A stretch of 64,000 nucleotides of DNA from an uncultured Gammaproteobacteria bacterium (GCA_964407925.1 CAYOXM010000003.1:5023-69022); one strand, 5' to 3'; positions 1-10,130 are shown, counted from the stretch's first letter. Numbers and translations: made by a program. The notes: a model not told the origin generated them from the letters alone.

Positions 1-167
1 TACTCCTCGGCATAGGCCAAAAACACGGGAGTGCGAGCGCGCACGTACGCGCCCCCCTCGCCGGCATTTACCGCTTCGACCGCGCTGTCGACGTCCTCGG
101 CGACGCCGGTGTAGAGCGTGCCGTCGCTGCAGCGGACGACATAGACGTGCCAATGTTGGATGCCCAT
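1..167 (-). CDS. GIY-YIG nuclease family protein (UPF0213-like), truncated by the window edge
   Basis: Manual translation from ATG at 167: MGIQHWHVYVVRCSDGTLYTGVAEDV...GEGGAYVRARTPVFLAYAEE. The VY..RCSDGTLYTG motif is typical of this family. Confidence 0.8.
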   Translation of the reverse strand, partial: MGIQHWHVYVVRCSDGTLYTGVAEDVDSAVEAVNAGEGGAYVRARTPVFLAYAEE

Positions 168-398
168 ACGGGAATCGGCTGACCGCGACAGACGCTCGGC
201 GCTGATAAATCGAAACCGAACGGCGGCGGTCCCGCCAAGGAAATCGGGCAAAAGCGTACCGTCACGGTGTCCTGCCGTAAAGGCGGGGGTGTGTATAAGT
301 CCTACGACAGCGCGGGCGGGGTTGACGGACCGGCCCGTATGCCGTACCCTCGATATTCGTCACGCCTTTCTTGTCGGAACGCCATCAGGAGGTACGTC

Positions 399-767
399 AT
401 GGGAAGAAGCGACCGGTGCACCCGTCCACGCGAGAAGACACGACGCTTCGGTTTGAACCGCCATCGTCACGGCGACGAGGTCCGCGGCGAAACCGAACGC
501 GTACTCGCCGCACTACGCGAGCAGGAACGGATTTCGGAGTACGCTTGTCACCGCCCGCCCGTCACTGACGACGCGACGGCCGCGCGGTTCTCGGTAACGA
601 TGCGCGTGAACGGCGAAGACGTGACCGCGCGCTTCAGCGTCACGGTCTCGCGACGCGCGTGGCAACGCGCGCAATCGCGCGACGACGCCACCCCGACGTT
701 CTGCTTCCCGCTCGGGACGCGTCCCGAGACCATCCGCAAGCGCATCCTCGGCCTCTTCACCGCCTGA
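399..767 (+). CDS. hypothetical protein
   Basis: AGGAGG SD before ATG 399, TTGACG/TACCCT promoter-like pair upstream, and a hairpin terminator at 781-803. Confidence 0.6.
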   Translation: MGRSDRCTRPREKTRRFGLNRHRHGDEVRGETERVLAALREQERISEYACHRPPVTDDATAARFSVTMRVNGEDVTARFSVTVSRRAWQRAQSRDDATPTFCFPLGTRPETIRKRILGLFTA

Positions 768-780
768 CGACAAATAACAA

Positions 781-806
781 AAGCCCCGCGGCATGCGGGG
801 CTCTTT
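781..806. terminator. intrinsic terminator between convergent genes
   Basis: AGCCCCGC-GGCAT-GCGGGGCT hairpin flanked by A- and T-rich runs. Confidence 0.6.
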
Positions 807-819
807 CAATTCCGGCGTG

Positions 820-1389
820 TCACCGGTTGACGGTTGCGGTTTCCGCCGGCGCCTTTGGCTTCGGAAAAAACAGGTAGTCGAGGCGACTGCCCCAGCGGAG
901 CTCGGGACCGAAACGCGTTGGACGGTTCTGCCGCCAGCCGTTCAGGACCAGTCGGATCAACCCGCCCGTCGTCGTTTCGCCGACTTCGGACGCGGCGATG
1001 AGCGACACGCGCGACGGGGAGACGGACGCCTCCCCGAACGCCGCGGCGGCGGCCATGGCGTGGCAACAATCGTTCACGATCAGCACCGGCCGTTTCCCGA
1101 CGGTCAGGAGTTCGGCCAGGCGGCGGTAGGAAAACTCGCGCGTGTCGTCGAGTCCCCAGCCGGTCGTGCTCCCGTGCCCGCAATAGAGAATGACGAGCGG
1201 GGCCTTGGTCTTCTGGCCGATGGCCATCGCCAAGTATGTCCCGAGCACGTCCTCGTCGAGGTAGGCCGTGCGGCTGTCACGCACGCTCTTCGGTCCGATG
1301 CCCGCCTCGCGTATCAGATAGCGTTCGAAATCCTCGGCATCTTCGGAGAAACGGCGGGCGTTCCCCGCGATCACGAACCCTTGTGGCAT
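820..1389 (-). CDS. caspase-like (clan CD, C14/C13-type) cysteine peptidase
   Basis: SD AAGGAGGGG before ATG 1389. His motif LVILYCGHG and Cys motif VLIVNDCCHA are spaced as in caspase-hemoglobinase folds. Confidence 0.65.
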   Translation of the reverse strand: MPQGFVIAGNARRFSEDAEDFERYLIREAGIGPKSVRDSRTAYLDEDVLGTYLAMAIGQKTKAPLVILYCGHGSTTGWGLDDTREFSYRRLAELLTVGKRPVLIVNDCCHAMAAAAAFGEASVSPSRVSLIAASEVGETTTGGLIRLVLNGWRQNRPTRFGPELRWGSRLDYLFFPKPKAPAETATVNR

Positions 1390-1496
1390 CGTCCCCTCCT
1401 TCGGGAAAAAGAACGCTTCGACGCTAGCAGTCGGACGCTCAGCGGTCAATGCTGCGCCGTAACGAAAACCGCCCCGCGTTTGCGGGGCGGCGAAGG

Positions 1497-1982
1497 TTAC
1501 GCCGCGAGCTCGGAGGTGCAGAAGGCGCAGCGGGTCGCCGCCTTCTTCACCATCGACAGGCACTTCGGACATTCCTTTTGATCGGGCGCGGGCGGCGTCT
1601 CGCGGCGGAGGCGGTTGATGGAACGCACCGCGACGTAGACGACGAAGGTGACGATCAGGAAGTCGAGCGCGGTGTTCATGAACGCGCCGTAGTTCAGCGT
1701 GACCGCGCCGGCCTTCTTGGCCTCCTCGAGGGTGGCGTAGTTGCCGGCCGACAGCGTGATGAACAGGTTCGCGAAGTTCACCTTGCCCATCACCATCGAG
1801 ATGGGCGGCGTGAGGATGTCGTTCACGAGCGACGTGACGACGCGGCCGCCTGCGGCGCCGATGACGACGGCGATGGCGAGGTCGAGGACGTTGCCCTTGA
1901 TCGCGAAGATCTTGAACTCCTCCATGAACTTCGCGGTCGGCTTGATGACGGACTTGTTGAGGGTTGCTGGCGTCATAAACAT
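1497..1982 (-). CDS. mscL: large-conductance mechanosensitive channel with C-terminal zinc ribbon
   Basis: EEFKIFAIKGNVLDLAIAVVIGAA and LNYGAFMNTALDFLIV motifs; CPKC...CAFC tail; AGGAGG SD. Exact start is 1976 or 1982. Confidence 0.92.
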   Translation of the reverse strand: MFMTPATLNKSVIKPTAKFMEEFKIFAIKGNVLDLAIAVVIGAAGGRVVTSLVNDILTPPISMVMGKVNFANLFITLSAGNYATLEEAKKAGAVTLNYGAFMNTALDFLIVTFVVYVAVRSINRLRRETPPAPDQKECPKCLSMVKKAATRCAFCTSELAA

Positions 1983-2038
1983 CATTCCTCCTGTGCCGAT
2001 TCTGCCATGAAAGGAGCGCTCCGGCAAGGGGGCCGCGG

Positions 2039-2401
2039 CTACGACTGTCCCAGCGCGGGCGAGGCGTGGTAAATCTCGTGCAGCGTCAGCGCCTCGTAGC
2101 GCCGCGGATGCTTACCCGCCATGCCGTCGACGCCCGATGGCGGATCGAACTTCACGCGGCCGAGTTTCGCCCTGTCGCGATGGACGATGACGTAGTCGAT
2201 GACCTCCTGCAGCGTACGCGCCCCGAACGGACGCGCGACGATCTGCCCGTCTTCGTCAAGGACGAGCAGGGCGTACCCCACCCTCCCGGTTTCGCTCATG
2301 TCGTGCCTGTTCAGGTACACGGCACGGACGATGACCGCTTTGTGCCGTTGGCTAGACATGACTTCCATCCGCTGCGGAAAGAGCTGGAGAAATTGAGTCA
2401 T
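2039..2401 (-). CDS. hypothetical protein
   Basis: 120-aa ORF with natural amino-acid composition, filling the gap between mscL and the tRNA. Confidence 0.55.
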   Translation of the reverse strand: MTQFLQLFPQRMEVMSSQRHKAVIVRAVYLNRHDMSETGRVGYALLVLDEDGQIVARPFGARTLQEVIDYVIVHRDRAKLGRVKFDPPSGVDGMAGKHPRRYEALTLHEIYHASPALGQS

Positions 2402-2480
2402 GGCGGCGTGGCGGGGTCAAGCGGCGCGACCCTCTCGACAAGGGAAATGACGTTTGCTACAGTGCCCAACGCAATAACGC

Positions 2481-2558
2481 GGTCCCATCGTCTAGCCCGG
2501 TCCAGGACGTCTCCCTCTCACGGAGAAAACAGGGGTTCGAATCCCCTTGGGACTACCA
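2481..2558 (+). tRNA. tRNA-Glu (anticodon CTC)
   Basis: GGTCCCA acceptor arm, TCTCC-CT-CTC-AC-GGAGA anticodon arm, GGTTCGAATCC T-loop, encoded CCA. Confidence 0.97.
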
Positions 2559-2560
2559 GC

Positions 2561-2590
2561 AAAACGGCCTCTCACTGAGAGGCCGTTTTG
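2561..2590. terminator. bidirectional terminator after tRNA-Glu
   Basis: AAAACGGCCTCTCA-C-TGAGAGGCCGTTTT palindrome. Confidence 0.75.
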
Positions 2591-2653
2591 CTGCGTACGG
2601 GGACCCAAGTTGATTCAAACGGGCAGCGGGCGAGGTGCTGAAAATTTTGCCGT

Positions 2654-3016
2654 TCACTTCTCGTCCCGCGCATCGTTCTTCTTCACCCGCGCCCTGATCA
2701 GCTTCTTGACCAACCCGAGGGGCAGCGGCTTGTCATTGGGGAAACGCACCGTCGCCATGGCAGTTTCGTATTTCTTCAGCTCCTTCTTATGCTCCGCCAC
2801 GACCGGCGGCGGCACGTACAGGCCGATGTGCCTTTTCGCGAAGGCGAAATACGCCAAACGGCCCTTGTAATGGTAGTACGGCATGCCGTAACTCAATCGC
2901 TCCTCCGCTTTCGGCGCGGCGGCCTTTATGGCCGCGCGAAGCTGGGCAAGTTTTCCCCGCACTCCTTTCGGCGCTCCTGCGATGTATGCCGTCACGCCTT
3001 CGGTCGGCTTCTTCAT
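2654..3016 (-). CDS. DUF1801/YdhG-like protein
   Basis: LRAAIKAAAPKAEERLSYGMPYY...HIGLY...TVRFP pattern. Confidence 0.85.
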   Translation of the reverse strand: MKKPTEGVTAYIAGAPKGVRGKLAQLRAAIKAAAPKAEERLSYGMPYYHYKGRLAYFAFAKRHIGLYVPPPVVAEHKKELKKYETAMATVRFPNDKPLPLGLVKKLIRARVKKNDARDEK

Positions 3017-3125
3017 ACGACACCAGTATCGCGATTCGATTCACGTTTGGCAAACGCGCGCGTCTGGAGCATTCCCCTCCTTCACTCCGCCTGCTACGAT
3101 TGTTTTCGACAGTAATCCCAATCAT

Positions 3126-3554
3126 ATGCCGGAAGCCGCCAACCAGCTCACCGTCGAAACGGTCATCAACGCGCCGCTCGAAAAAATCTGGGAACTGTGG
3201 ACCGAGCCGCGGCACATCCAACAGTGGAACGCCGCCTCTCCCGACTGGCACTGCCCCTCCGCGACGAACGACCTGCGACCGGGCGGCAAATTCCTTTATC
3301 GCATGGAAGCGAAGGACAAGAGCGTCGGCTTCGACTTCGACGGGACCTACAGCGAGGTCGTTTCGCAGTCGCGCATCGCCTATGCCCTCGCCGACGGCCG
3401 AAAGGTGACTGTCACGTTCGCGAAAACCGCGCCGACGCGGGTGAAAGTCAGCGAGACGCTCGAAATGGAAAAGATCAATCCCGCGGAGATGCAGCGGCTC
3501 GGATGGCAGGCGATACTCAATCGGTTCCGGGAATACGTTGAGAACGGCAAATAG
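3126..3554 (+). CDS. SRPBCC/AHSA1 domain protein
   Basis: APLEKIWELWTEPRHIQQWNAASPDWHCP...DLRPGG...QRLGWQAILNRF. Confidence 0.88.
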   Translation: MPEAANQLTVETVINAPLEKIWELWTEPRHIQQWNAASPDWHCPSATNDLRPGGKFLYRMEAKDKSVGFDFDGTYSEVVSQSRIAYALADGRKVTVTFAKTAPTRVKVSETLEMEKINPAEMQRLGWQAILNRFREYVENGK

Positions 3555-3615
3555 CGCGACGAACGTGAAATGTAAAAACGCCCCTCATCGCGAGGGGCGT
3601 CGTCGTTTCACGGGA

Positions 3616-4899
3616 TCATTCCTCCACCGGAGCGACGAGCACGCGTGGCGCGGAGAGCGGATCGGCCATCAGCTCCTTCACGACCGCCTCCATCCGCATG
3701 CCGCGCGAACCCTTCACGAGCACGACGTCGCCTTGCCTCATCCTCTCCTGGACGAAACGGCCGGCCTCGGCGGGCGTGGAGAAACGGAAGATGCGGTCTT
3801 CGCCGACGCCGGCGGTGCGGGCGGCTTTCGCGGCATCAGCCATGCGTTCGCCGACGAAGACGAGGACGTCGGCGCATTCCGCCGCCTCGCGGCCGACCTG
3901 CGCATGCCCCTCTTCGGAGACGGACCCGAGCTCGAGCATGTCGCCGAGCACGGCGAATTTCTTCGCGGTCTCGGTCAGCGGGATGTCGCGCAGCACGTAC
4001 AGCGCGGCCAGGGCGGAACGCGGCGCGGCGTTGTACGTGTCGTCGATGAGCACCGACCGCTTGATGCCGGGGACGTAGCGCATCCTGCCCGGCGGGCCGG
4101 AATACTCACGCAGGCCGTCGGCGATCTCGACGAGATTCATGCCCTTGTGCAGGCCGACGACCGCCGCGGCGAGCGCGGCGTAAATCGCCGGCCGGCCCAG
4201 GACGCCGGGGACGAACACCGGCACCGTGGCGCCGTCCGCCTGGATCTTGAAGTGCATGCCGCACTCGCCGTCGTAGGTGCAGGCGTAGCCGATCGGCTCG
4301 ACCGCGCGCACGTCGGCGCTCTCGTGGAACCCGAAACTCCGGATGGGCGCCTTCGACGTCCTGGCCATGGACCAGACGCGGTCGTCATCGCGATTCAGCA
4401 CCGCGAGGCCGTCCTTCGGCAGGCGCTCAATGAGCGTACGTTTTTCCTTTTGGATCCCCTCGACCGTGCCGAACGACTCGAGGTGCGATTCCCCGACGGC
4501 GGTGACGACGCCGACCGTCGGCGGGGCGATGGCGCACAGCTCGGCGATGTCGCCCGCTTTCGCCGCGCCCATCTCGAGCACCAGCGTCTTCGGGTAGTCC
4601 TTCGTTCCGCCCGCGGCGGCCTTCCAGGCGCCCATGAGCGTGGCGAGCCACTTCATCGGCGAGCGGCCGTTCACCGCGGGAAGCCCGAGCACCGTGAGCG
4701 GCAGGCCGAACTCGGTGTTCATGTTTCCGGCATTGGCACGGACGGCGAATTTGCGCCGAAGGACGGCGGCGACGGCCTCCTTCGTCGAGCTCTTGCCGAC
4801 GGAGCCGGTGATGCCGATGATTTCGGGCTTTTCGCGTTCGATGACGCGTTTGGCGGAAGCGGCGAGCGACGTGCGCACGAAGGTCTTCATAGCGGTCAT
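3616..4899 (-). CDS. murF: UDP-N-acetylmuramoyl-tripeptide--D-Ala-D-Ala ligase
   Basis: GITGSVGKSSTKE, LEMGA, DDTYNA, VLGDMLELG and LVKGSRG motifs. Confidence 0.93.
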   Translation of the reverse strand: MTAMKTFVRTSLAASAKRVIEREKPEIIGITGSVGKSSTKEAVAAVLRRKFAVRANAGNMNTEFGLPLTVLGLPAVNGRSPMKWLATLMGAWKAAAGGTKDYPKTLVLEMGAAKAGDIAELCAIAPPTVGVVTAVGESHLESFGTVEGIQKEKRTLIERLPKDGLAVLNRDDDRVWSMARTSKAPIRSFGFHESADVRAVEPIGYACTYDGECGMHFKIQADGATVPVFVPGVLGRPAIYAALAAAVVGLHKGMNLVEIADGLREYSGPPGRMRYVPGIKRSVLIDDTYNAAPRSALAALYVLRDIPLTETAKKFAVLGDMLELGSVSEEGHAQVGREAAECADVLVFVGERMADAAKAARTAGVGEDRIFRFSTPAEAGRFVQERMRQGDVVLVKGSRGMRMEAVVKELMADPLSAPRVLVAPVEE

Positions 4900-4904
4900 T
4901 TCCT

Positions 4905-6671
4905 TTATTTCCGGTCAGGCGGGATCTCCAAATATTGTAACAGGAACTTCGCGATGTCGCCAAAGAGCGGGGCGGCGGACGATTCCGCCCAGTCGACGTC
5001 TCGCGGACGGTCGATCTTCACGAGCATAACGAACGCCGGATCGTCGACCGGCGCGTAGCCGACGAACGAGCCGATGAAGGCGTTCTTCTCGTACCCGAGG
5101 CCGTCGCCGCGGGACACCTGCGCCGTGCCGGTCTTGCCCGCGACGTAATATCCCGGCACGCCGGCGCGTTTGCCGTGGCCGCGCTCGACGACGTTCACGA
5201 GCATGCCGCCCATGAGTCCGGCGGCGCGCTTCGTGATGACCTGCCGTACCGCCTTCGGCTCGACCTTCTCGACCGTACCGTCGGCGCGCCGGATTTCCGA
5301 GACGACGTGCGGTGCCATCAGCTTGCCGCCGTTCGCGATCGCGCCGAACGCGGTGACGATCTGGATCGGCGTGGCGGTGATGCCCTGCCCGAACGACGCG
5401 GTCGCGCTCCAGATTTCGCCTTTCTTGCGCAGCGACTCGACGTCGCCCGCGGCTTCGGTGTCGAGCTCGATGCCGGTCGGACTGCCGAAGCCGAAATCCT
5501 CGACGTACCGGAGGAACGACTTCGGCCCGAGCTTGCGTACGGCGAAAATCGTTCCGGTATTGAGCGATTCCTCGAGCACCTGCGTCATCGTCTGAATGCC
5601 ATGCCCCTTGCCGTCGGAATTCTTGATGGTGTACGGACCGATAACCACGCTCCCCGTGTCCTCGTAGGTCGTGCCCGGAGAAATCTTCCCCGCGTCGAGC
5701 GCGGCGACGAGCGTGAACGGCTTGAAGATGGAACCGGGCTCGTATGCCGCGAAGATCGCGGGATCGTTGAACAACCGCAGGTCCTCGACCTTCGAAAAGT
5801 CGTTCGGATCGAAATCCGGAACGTTACAGAGCGCGAGGACCGCGCCCGTCTTCGGTTCCATGATGACGACCGAGCCGCCGTCGGCGCCGTGCTTCGCGAC
5901 CGCCGCGCGGAGCTTCTCGCATGCCGCATACTGGATGCTCCGATCGATCGTGAGCGTCAGCCGGTCGCCGTCCTGCGCGGGATGAAAGTCGCGGTCCGCC
6001 GCGCCGATCCACCGCCCTATGGGATCCTTTTCCGCCTCGAGATGTCCGGCGCGCCCGGCGAGACGGTCGTTCCAAAACCCCTCGATGCCGTAGCGGCCGA
6101 CGCGCTCGCCCTTGTCGTTCGAACCGAGGAAGCCGGTGACGTGCGAAAGCGACGGGCCTTCCGGATAGTAACGGTGCTGCTCACGCGCGAGGGCCACGCC
6201 CGCGATACCGAGCGCCTTCACCTGCGCGGCCCTCGCGTCGTCGAGGTTTTTGGCGAGCGGCTCGTACGGGTCGTCCTTGCGCGACAATTTCGCGAACAGC
6301 GCGGCCTCGTCCGTCCCGAGCACGGGCGACAGCTTCCGCGCGGCGTCGGCGGGATCCCCGATCAACCGTCCGTCCGCGTACGCGAGGTACGCGTTCTTGT
6401 TGATGATCGCGGGAAACACGCCCTCGGGCGATTTCGGGTCGCGCAAGTAGACCGAGCCGCGCTCGGGAAAAAGCTCTTCGAAAATGGAATGCTGGTTCGA
6501 AGCGAGGGCGGCGTAGAAGCGGTGCGAGAGCACCTGCAGGACGAACAGCCGCGCCGCGATCGCGCCCATGCCGACGACCACGACGCCCGCGAAAAGCAAA
6601 AGGCGGCGGTCCGTCGATGACGGCCGCGCCTTCGCGTGAGAACCCCAAAAACGGAATCGCGAGCCGGCCAT
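4905..6671 (-). CDS. ftsI: class B penicillin-binding protein (FtsI/PBP2 family)
   Basis: N-terminal TM helix; EPGSIFK (SxxK), ESLN (SxN) and KTGTAQ motifs; adjacent to murF. Confidence 0.88.
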   Translation of the reverse strand: MAGSRFRFWGSHAKARPSSTDRRLLLFAGVVVVGMGAIAARLFVLQVLSHRFYAALASNQHSIFEELFPERGSVYLRDPKSPEGVFPAIINKNAYLAYADGRLIGDPADAARKLSPVLGTDEAALFAKLSRKDDPYEPLAKNLDDARAAQVKALGIAGVALAREQHRYYPEGPSLSHVTGFLGSNDKGERVGRYGIEGFWNDRLAGRAGHLEAEKDPIGRWIGAADRDFHPAQDGDRLTLTIDRSIQYAACEKLRAAVAKHGADGGSVVIMEPKTGAVLALCNVPDFDPNDFSKVEDLRLFNDPAIFAAYEPGSIFKPFTLVAALDAGKISPGTTYEDTGSVVIGPYTIKNSDGKGHGIQTMTQVLEESLNTGTIFAVRKLGPKSFLRYVEDFGFGSPTGIELDTEAAGDVESLRKKGEIWSATASFGQGITATPIQIVTAFGAIANGGKLMAPHVVSEIRRADGTVEKVEPKAVRQVITKRAAGLMGGMLVNVVERGHGKRAGVPGYYVAGKTGTAQVSRGDGLGYEKNAFIGSFVGYAPVDDPAFVMLVKIDRPRDVDWAESSAAPLFGDIAKFLLQYLEIPPDRK

Positions 6672-6677
6672 ACGTCC

Positions 6678-7916
6678 CTAGTCGAACTGCCCCCCGAAAA
6701 AATCGAACAGTTTGCCCGGACCGGCGGGATTGCGGCCTTGGTCGACTTCCGCACCGTCCTTGACGCCGTCGGCGTCGGAATCGGGATTATTCGGATCGGA
6801 GCCGTAGAACTTTTCCAGCGCGTTCGTGAGCCCGTCCTCGTCGGTGTCTTCCTGGCCGGGATCGAAGATGTCGACGCCGAGTCCGCCCTCGTCGGCAGGC
6901 TTCTTGCCGACGCGCGCCGAACCGTCCTTCGCGAGCGGCAGGTGTTCCTTGAAGCTCGGCAAAAGCGATTCGACGACGGGCGTGACGTCGGTGAGGTCCT
7001 TCTCGGGCGTCTCGATGGAGAGCAGTTCGTTGAAGCGGGAGAAATTCAGCGTGAGCGACAGCGTTCCCTGCCGCACGCCGTCGTCGTAACGGAACCGGAA
7101 GCGCGCGCGGTAGAGAAGATAGTCGCCGCCGCCGATCCACATCTCGCCGTCCTCCGCGGCGACGTTGGCAAAAAAGGTGTCCGCGGCGGTACGTTCCTTG
7201 TTGGTGAGCTCCCGTCCCAGCCGCTTCGTCTCGGCGAGCACGAAGTAATCCTTGAAGAACAGGACTTCCGGCTCGACTTGGTAGTGATGGACGGCGACGC
7301 CGTTCAGTTTCTCGTTCTTGAGTTTTTCCTTCACGCGCACGAACGGCGTGGCGCGGAACTGTTCGCGCAGGTAATCGCGATCGGCCTTCTCGAGCGGCGG
7401 ATGGTCGCCGCCGACCGCCGGCAGATCGACGTCGGCGAACAGCTTGCGGAAACTGAGGCGCAACCATTTGCCGGAGAGCTCGTCGAGGTGCAGCGCGCCG
7501 ACGCGGCTCGGCAACGCGCTGAAATTGAAGTAGTGGGCGTCGCCGGCCTTGACGTACTCCCCGGCGACCTTGGTCGGTTCGCCCTCGCCGACGTCGAGCG
7601 CGAACTTCTGCCACGCGCCCGTCGACGCCTCGTCGGTCCGATTGACCCACCCGCTTCCCGCGAGCCTCAGCTCCTCGCGCGACTTGCGGACGTTGCCGTT
7701 CGCGTCCTTCGAGGCGACCCAGCCCGACCAGCGGGCGTCGGTTTCGAGATAGAACGTCTTGGCGTTGACCATCCGCCACTGCATGAACCGGACGATTTCG
7801 GTCGACTGCGGGATGAGCAGGAACAGCAGGCTCGACGTCGCGATGCCGAGCGTCGAGATGAAGATGACGATCCACGTCGAGACGTGCGCGTACCAGGGTT
7901 TCTGCGACATAGGCAT
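6678..7916 (-). CDS. membrane-anchored extracytoplasmic protein with C-terminal Ca-binding (TSP3-like) repeats
   Basis: N-terminal TM segment; DTDEDGLTNALE...SDPNNPDSDADGVKDGAEV repeat. Confidence 0.7.
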   Translation of the reverse strand: MPMSQKPWYAHVSTWIVIFISTLGIATSSLLFLLIPQSTEIVRFMQWRMVNAKTFYLETDARWSGWVASKDANGNVRKSREELRLAGSGWVNRTDEASTGAWQKFALDVGEGEPTKVAGEYVKAGDAHYFNFSALPSRVGALHLDELSGKWLRLSFRKLFADVDLPAVGGDHPPLEKADRDYLREQFRATPFVRVKEKLKNEKLNGVAVHHYQVEPEVLFFKDYFVLAETKRLGRELTNKERTAADTFFANVAAEDGEMWIGGGDYLLYRARFRFRYDDGVRQGTLSLTLNFSRFNELLSIETPEKDLTDVTPVVESLLPSFKEHLPLAKDGSARVGKKPADEGGLGVDIFDPGQEDTDEDGLTNALEKFYGSDPNNPDSDADGVKDGAEVDQGRNPAGPGKLFDFFGGQFD

Positions 7917-7917
7917 C

Positions 7918-8856
7918 CTACTTCTTCGATTTCTTGAGCCGCGCCGCGACGTCGGTGAACGGCTTCGCGTCCGCGGGCGCGTCGACCTCGGCCCGCTCGG
8001 TCACGGGCAAAAACTCGATCATCACCGACAAGTGACCGCCCTCCTCGCCGCCCGTCGCGGCGCTTTCGATGACGAACTTCTTGAATTCCCCCGAACGCTT
8101 GTCGATCCAGACGTCGACGCTTTCGGCGTTCCGCGCGAGGCCGGCGGAAATTTCGGCCTCCTCGTCGGGCGTAAGCGGACGTCCGAGCGCCAACTCGCGC
8201 ACGTCCTTGAGCATCCGCGCCGCGCCGTCGCGGTCGAGGAGCAGGGTGAACCGGCGCAACGGAACGCCGCCGACCACTTCGTTGGGAAGCTTGCCCCCGT
8301 ACGAGAACGCCTCGCCGCCGACGACGGCGGACCTGACGCGCGCCCACGCGACCTTGGCCTTCTCGTCGCCGAGGCCCGGACCCGCGTCGACGCCCGAAAG
8401 GGTGGCGCGGAGGTCATCGAGCCGGAGCGCGTACCACTGGCCGTTCAGATCGGCGAGCGAAAGCGCATCGCCCTCGCCCTTCGGCAGGCCGGCAAATCTG
8501 AGGAACGCATCGCCGTCCGGCCGCGCCTTGAGCTCGATCGAGATGTCGTCGTTCGAGGCGTCGCCGGTACCGAGCAGGCTGAAGGCGGCCTCGCCGTTCG
8601 GCAGGCCGTCCTCCGGGACGTTCGCGTGCACCGCGCCGCCGATGAGTACCGGCACGCGTTCGCCGCCGGAAAGCGCGGCCGGCGCGAGCGTTTCCGCGGT
8701 GACCTTCACATACACCGCATCGGCCTCGCCCAGCTTCCTGAACGCGCCGGCGAGCAGCGTCTCCGGCGACGGCTCGCGTACGACGTAGACGATGGCGACC
8801 GTCGCCGCGACGAGCGCGACGAAAGCGACGATGAGCGGCGTTCTGCGCATAGGCAA
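7918..8856 (-). CDS. membrane-anchored protein, LppX/LprAFG-like; probable paralog of the downstream gene
   Basis: N-terminal TM; shared motifs L.G.W..L, E...GV....., LGR.LT..E, WI.... Confidence 0.6.
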   Translation of the reverse strand: MPMRRTPLIVAFVALVAATVAIVYVVREPSPETLLAGAFRKLGEADAVYVKVTAETLAPAALSGGERVPVLIGGAVHANVPEDGLPNGEAAFSLLGTGDASNDDISIELKARPDGDAFLRFAGLPKGEGDALSLADLNGQWYALRLDDLRATLSGVDAGPGLGDEKAKVAWARVRSAVVGGEAFSYGGKLPNEVVGGVPLRRFTLLLDRDGAARMLKDVRELALGRPLTPDEEAEISAGLARNAESVDVWIDKRSGEFKKFVIESAATGGEEGGHLSVMIEFLPVTERAEVDAPADAKPFTDVAARLKKSKK

Positions 8857-8858
8857 TC

Positions 8859-10130
8859 TTACCCTTCGAGATATTTCCTGCCGCGGAGGCGATCGGGGAG
8901 GTATTCCTGGTCGACCGGGCCCTCCGCGTCGGGATTATAGACGTACCCTTTTCCGTAACCGAGCTGTTTCATCAGCTTCGTCGGGGCATTTCGGATGTGG
9001 TGCGGCACGGGATCGTTCGGGGACTCGGCGATGTCGCGCCTCACTTCGCCGTATCCGGCGTACAACGCGTTCGATTTCGGCGCGTGGGCGAGGTAGACGA
9101 CGGCCTGCGCGAGGATGACGTCGCATTCGGGCATCCCGAGCAGGTGCGTCGCCTGGAATGCGGCCACGGCCTGCACCAGCGCCTGCGGATCGGCGAGACC
9201 GACGTCCTCGGACGCGAACCGCACGAGCCGCCGCGCGACGTAGAGCGGCTGCTCGCCCGCCTCGAGCATCCGCCCGAGCCAGTAGAGCGCCGCGTCGGCG
9301 TCGGAGCCGCGCATGCTCTTGTGCAGCGCGGAGATCGCGTTGAAATGCTCCTCACCGGACTTGTCGTAGAGGAGCGACGAACGCTTGAGCATTTTCGCGA
9401 CATCTTCGCGCCGCAAGTGTACCACGGGACCGGCGGCCCCGTCGACGCGGCCGGAGACCGCCTTCACGGCGAGTTCGAGCGCGTTAAGCGCCGCCCGCGC
9501 GTCCCCGTCGGCCGCCTCCGCCACGGCGCCGAGCGCGTCCCCGTCGGCCTCGACGCCGAACGAACCGAGCCCGCGCGTAACGTCGCCCATCGCCCTTGCC
9601 AGCACGACCGCGATCTCGGCCGCCTCGAGCTTCTTGAGCACGTAGACGCGGCTTCGGGAAAGAAGCGCCGAATTCACCTCGAACGACGGGTTCTCGGTCG
9701 TCGCGCCGATGAGCGTCACCGTCCCGTCCTCGACGTACGGCAGGAACGCGTCCTGCTGGGCCTTGTTCCAGCGGTGGATCTCGTCGACGAAGACGATCGT
9801 CCGCGTGGCATGGAGCTTGAGCCTGTCCTCGGCCTCTTTAACCGTCTCGCGCAGGTCCGCGACGCCGCTCGACACCGCGCTCAGCGCGACGAACCTCGAC
9901 CGCGTCATGCGCGCGACGATGCGCGCGAGCGTCGTTTTCCCGGTCCCCGGCGGACCCCAGAGGATCATCGACGGCACCTCGTCGCGCTCAAGCAGGCCGC
10001 GTAACATGCCGCCCGGACCGACGACGTCCGCCTGTCCCACGAACTCGTCGAGCGATTCCGGCCGCATCCGGTCGGCGAGCGGCGCTTCCTTCTTCAGCTG
10101 CTTTTCGGCCTTGTAGGCGAAGAGGTCCAT
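8859..10130 (-). CDS. rarA: replication-associated recombination protein A (MgsA AAA+ ATPase)
   Basis: PLADRMRP, WGPPGTGKTT, DEIHRWNKAQQD, GATTENPSF, ISALHKSMRGSD, ASEDVG. Confidence 0.96.
   Translation of the reverse strand: MDLFAYKAEKQLKKEAPLADRMRPESLDEFVGQADVVGPGGMLRGLLERDEVPSMILWGPPGTGKTTLARIVARMTRSRFVALSAVSSGVADLRETVKEAEDRLKLHATRTIVFVDEIHRWNKAQQDAFLPYVEDGTVTLIGATTENPSFEVNSALLSRSRVYVLKKLEAAEIAVVLARAMGDVTRGLGSFGVEADGDALGAVAEAADGDARAALNALELAVKAVSGRVDGAAGPVVHLRREDVAKMLKRSSLLYDKSGEEHFNAISALHKSMRGSDADAALYWLGRMLEAGEQPLYVARRLVRFASEDVGLADPQALVQAVAAFQATHLLGMPECDVILAQAVVYLAHAPKSNALYAGYGEVRRDIAESPNDPVPHHIRNAPTKLMKQLGYGKGYVYNPDAEGPVDQEYLPDRLRGRKYLEG

Noticed and set aside
1497-1575. Zinc ribbon on MscL as a novelty
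   Set aside because: C-terminal CxxC...CxxC tails are already familiar on a subset of MscL proteins.
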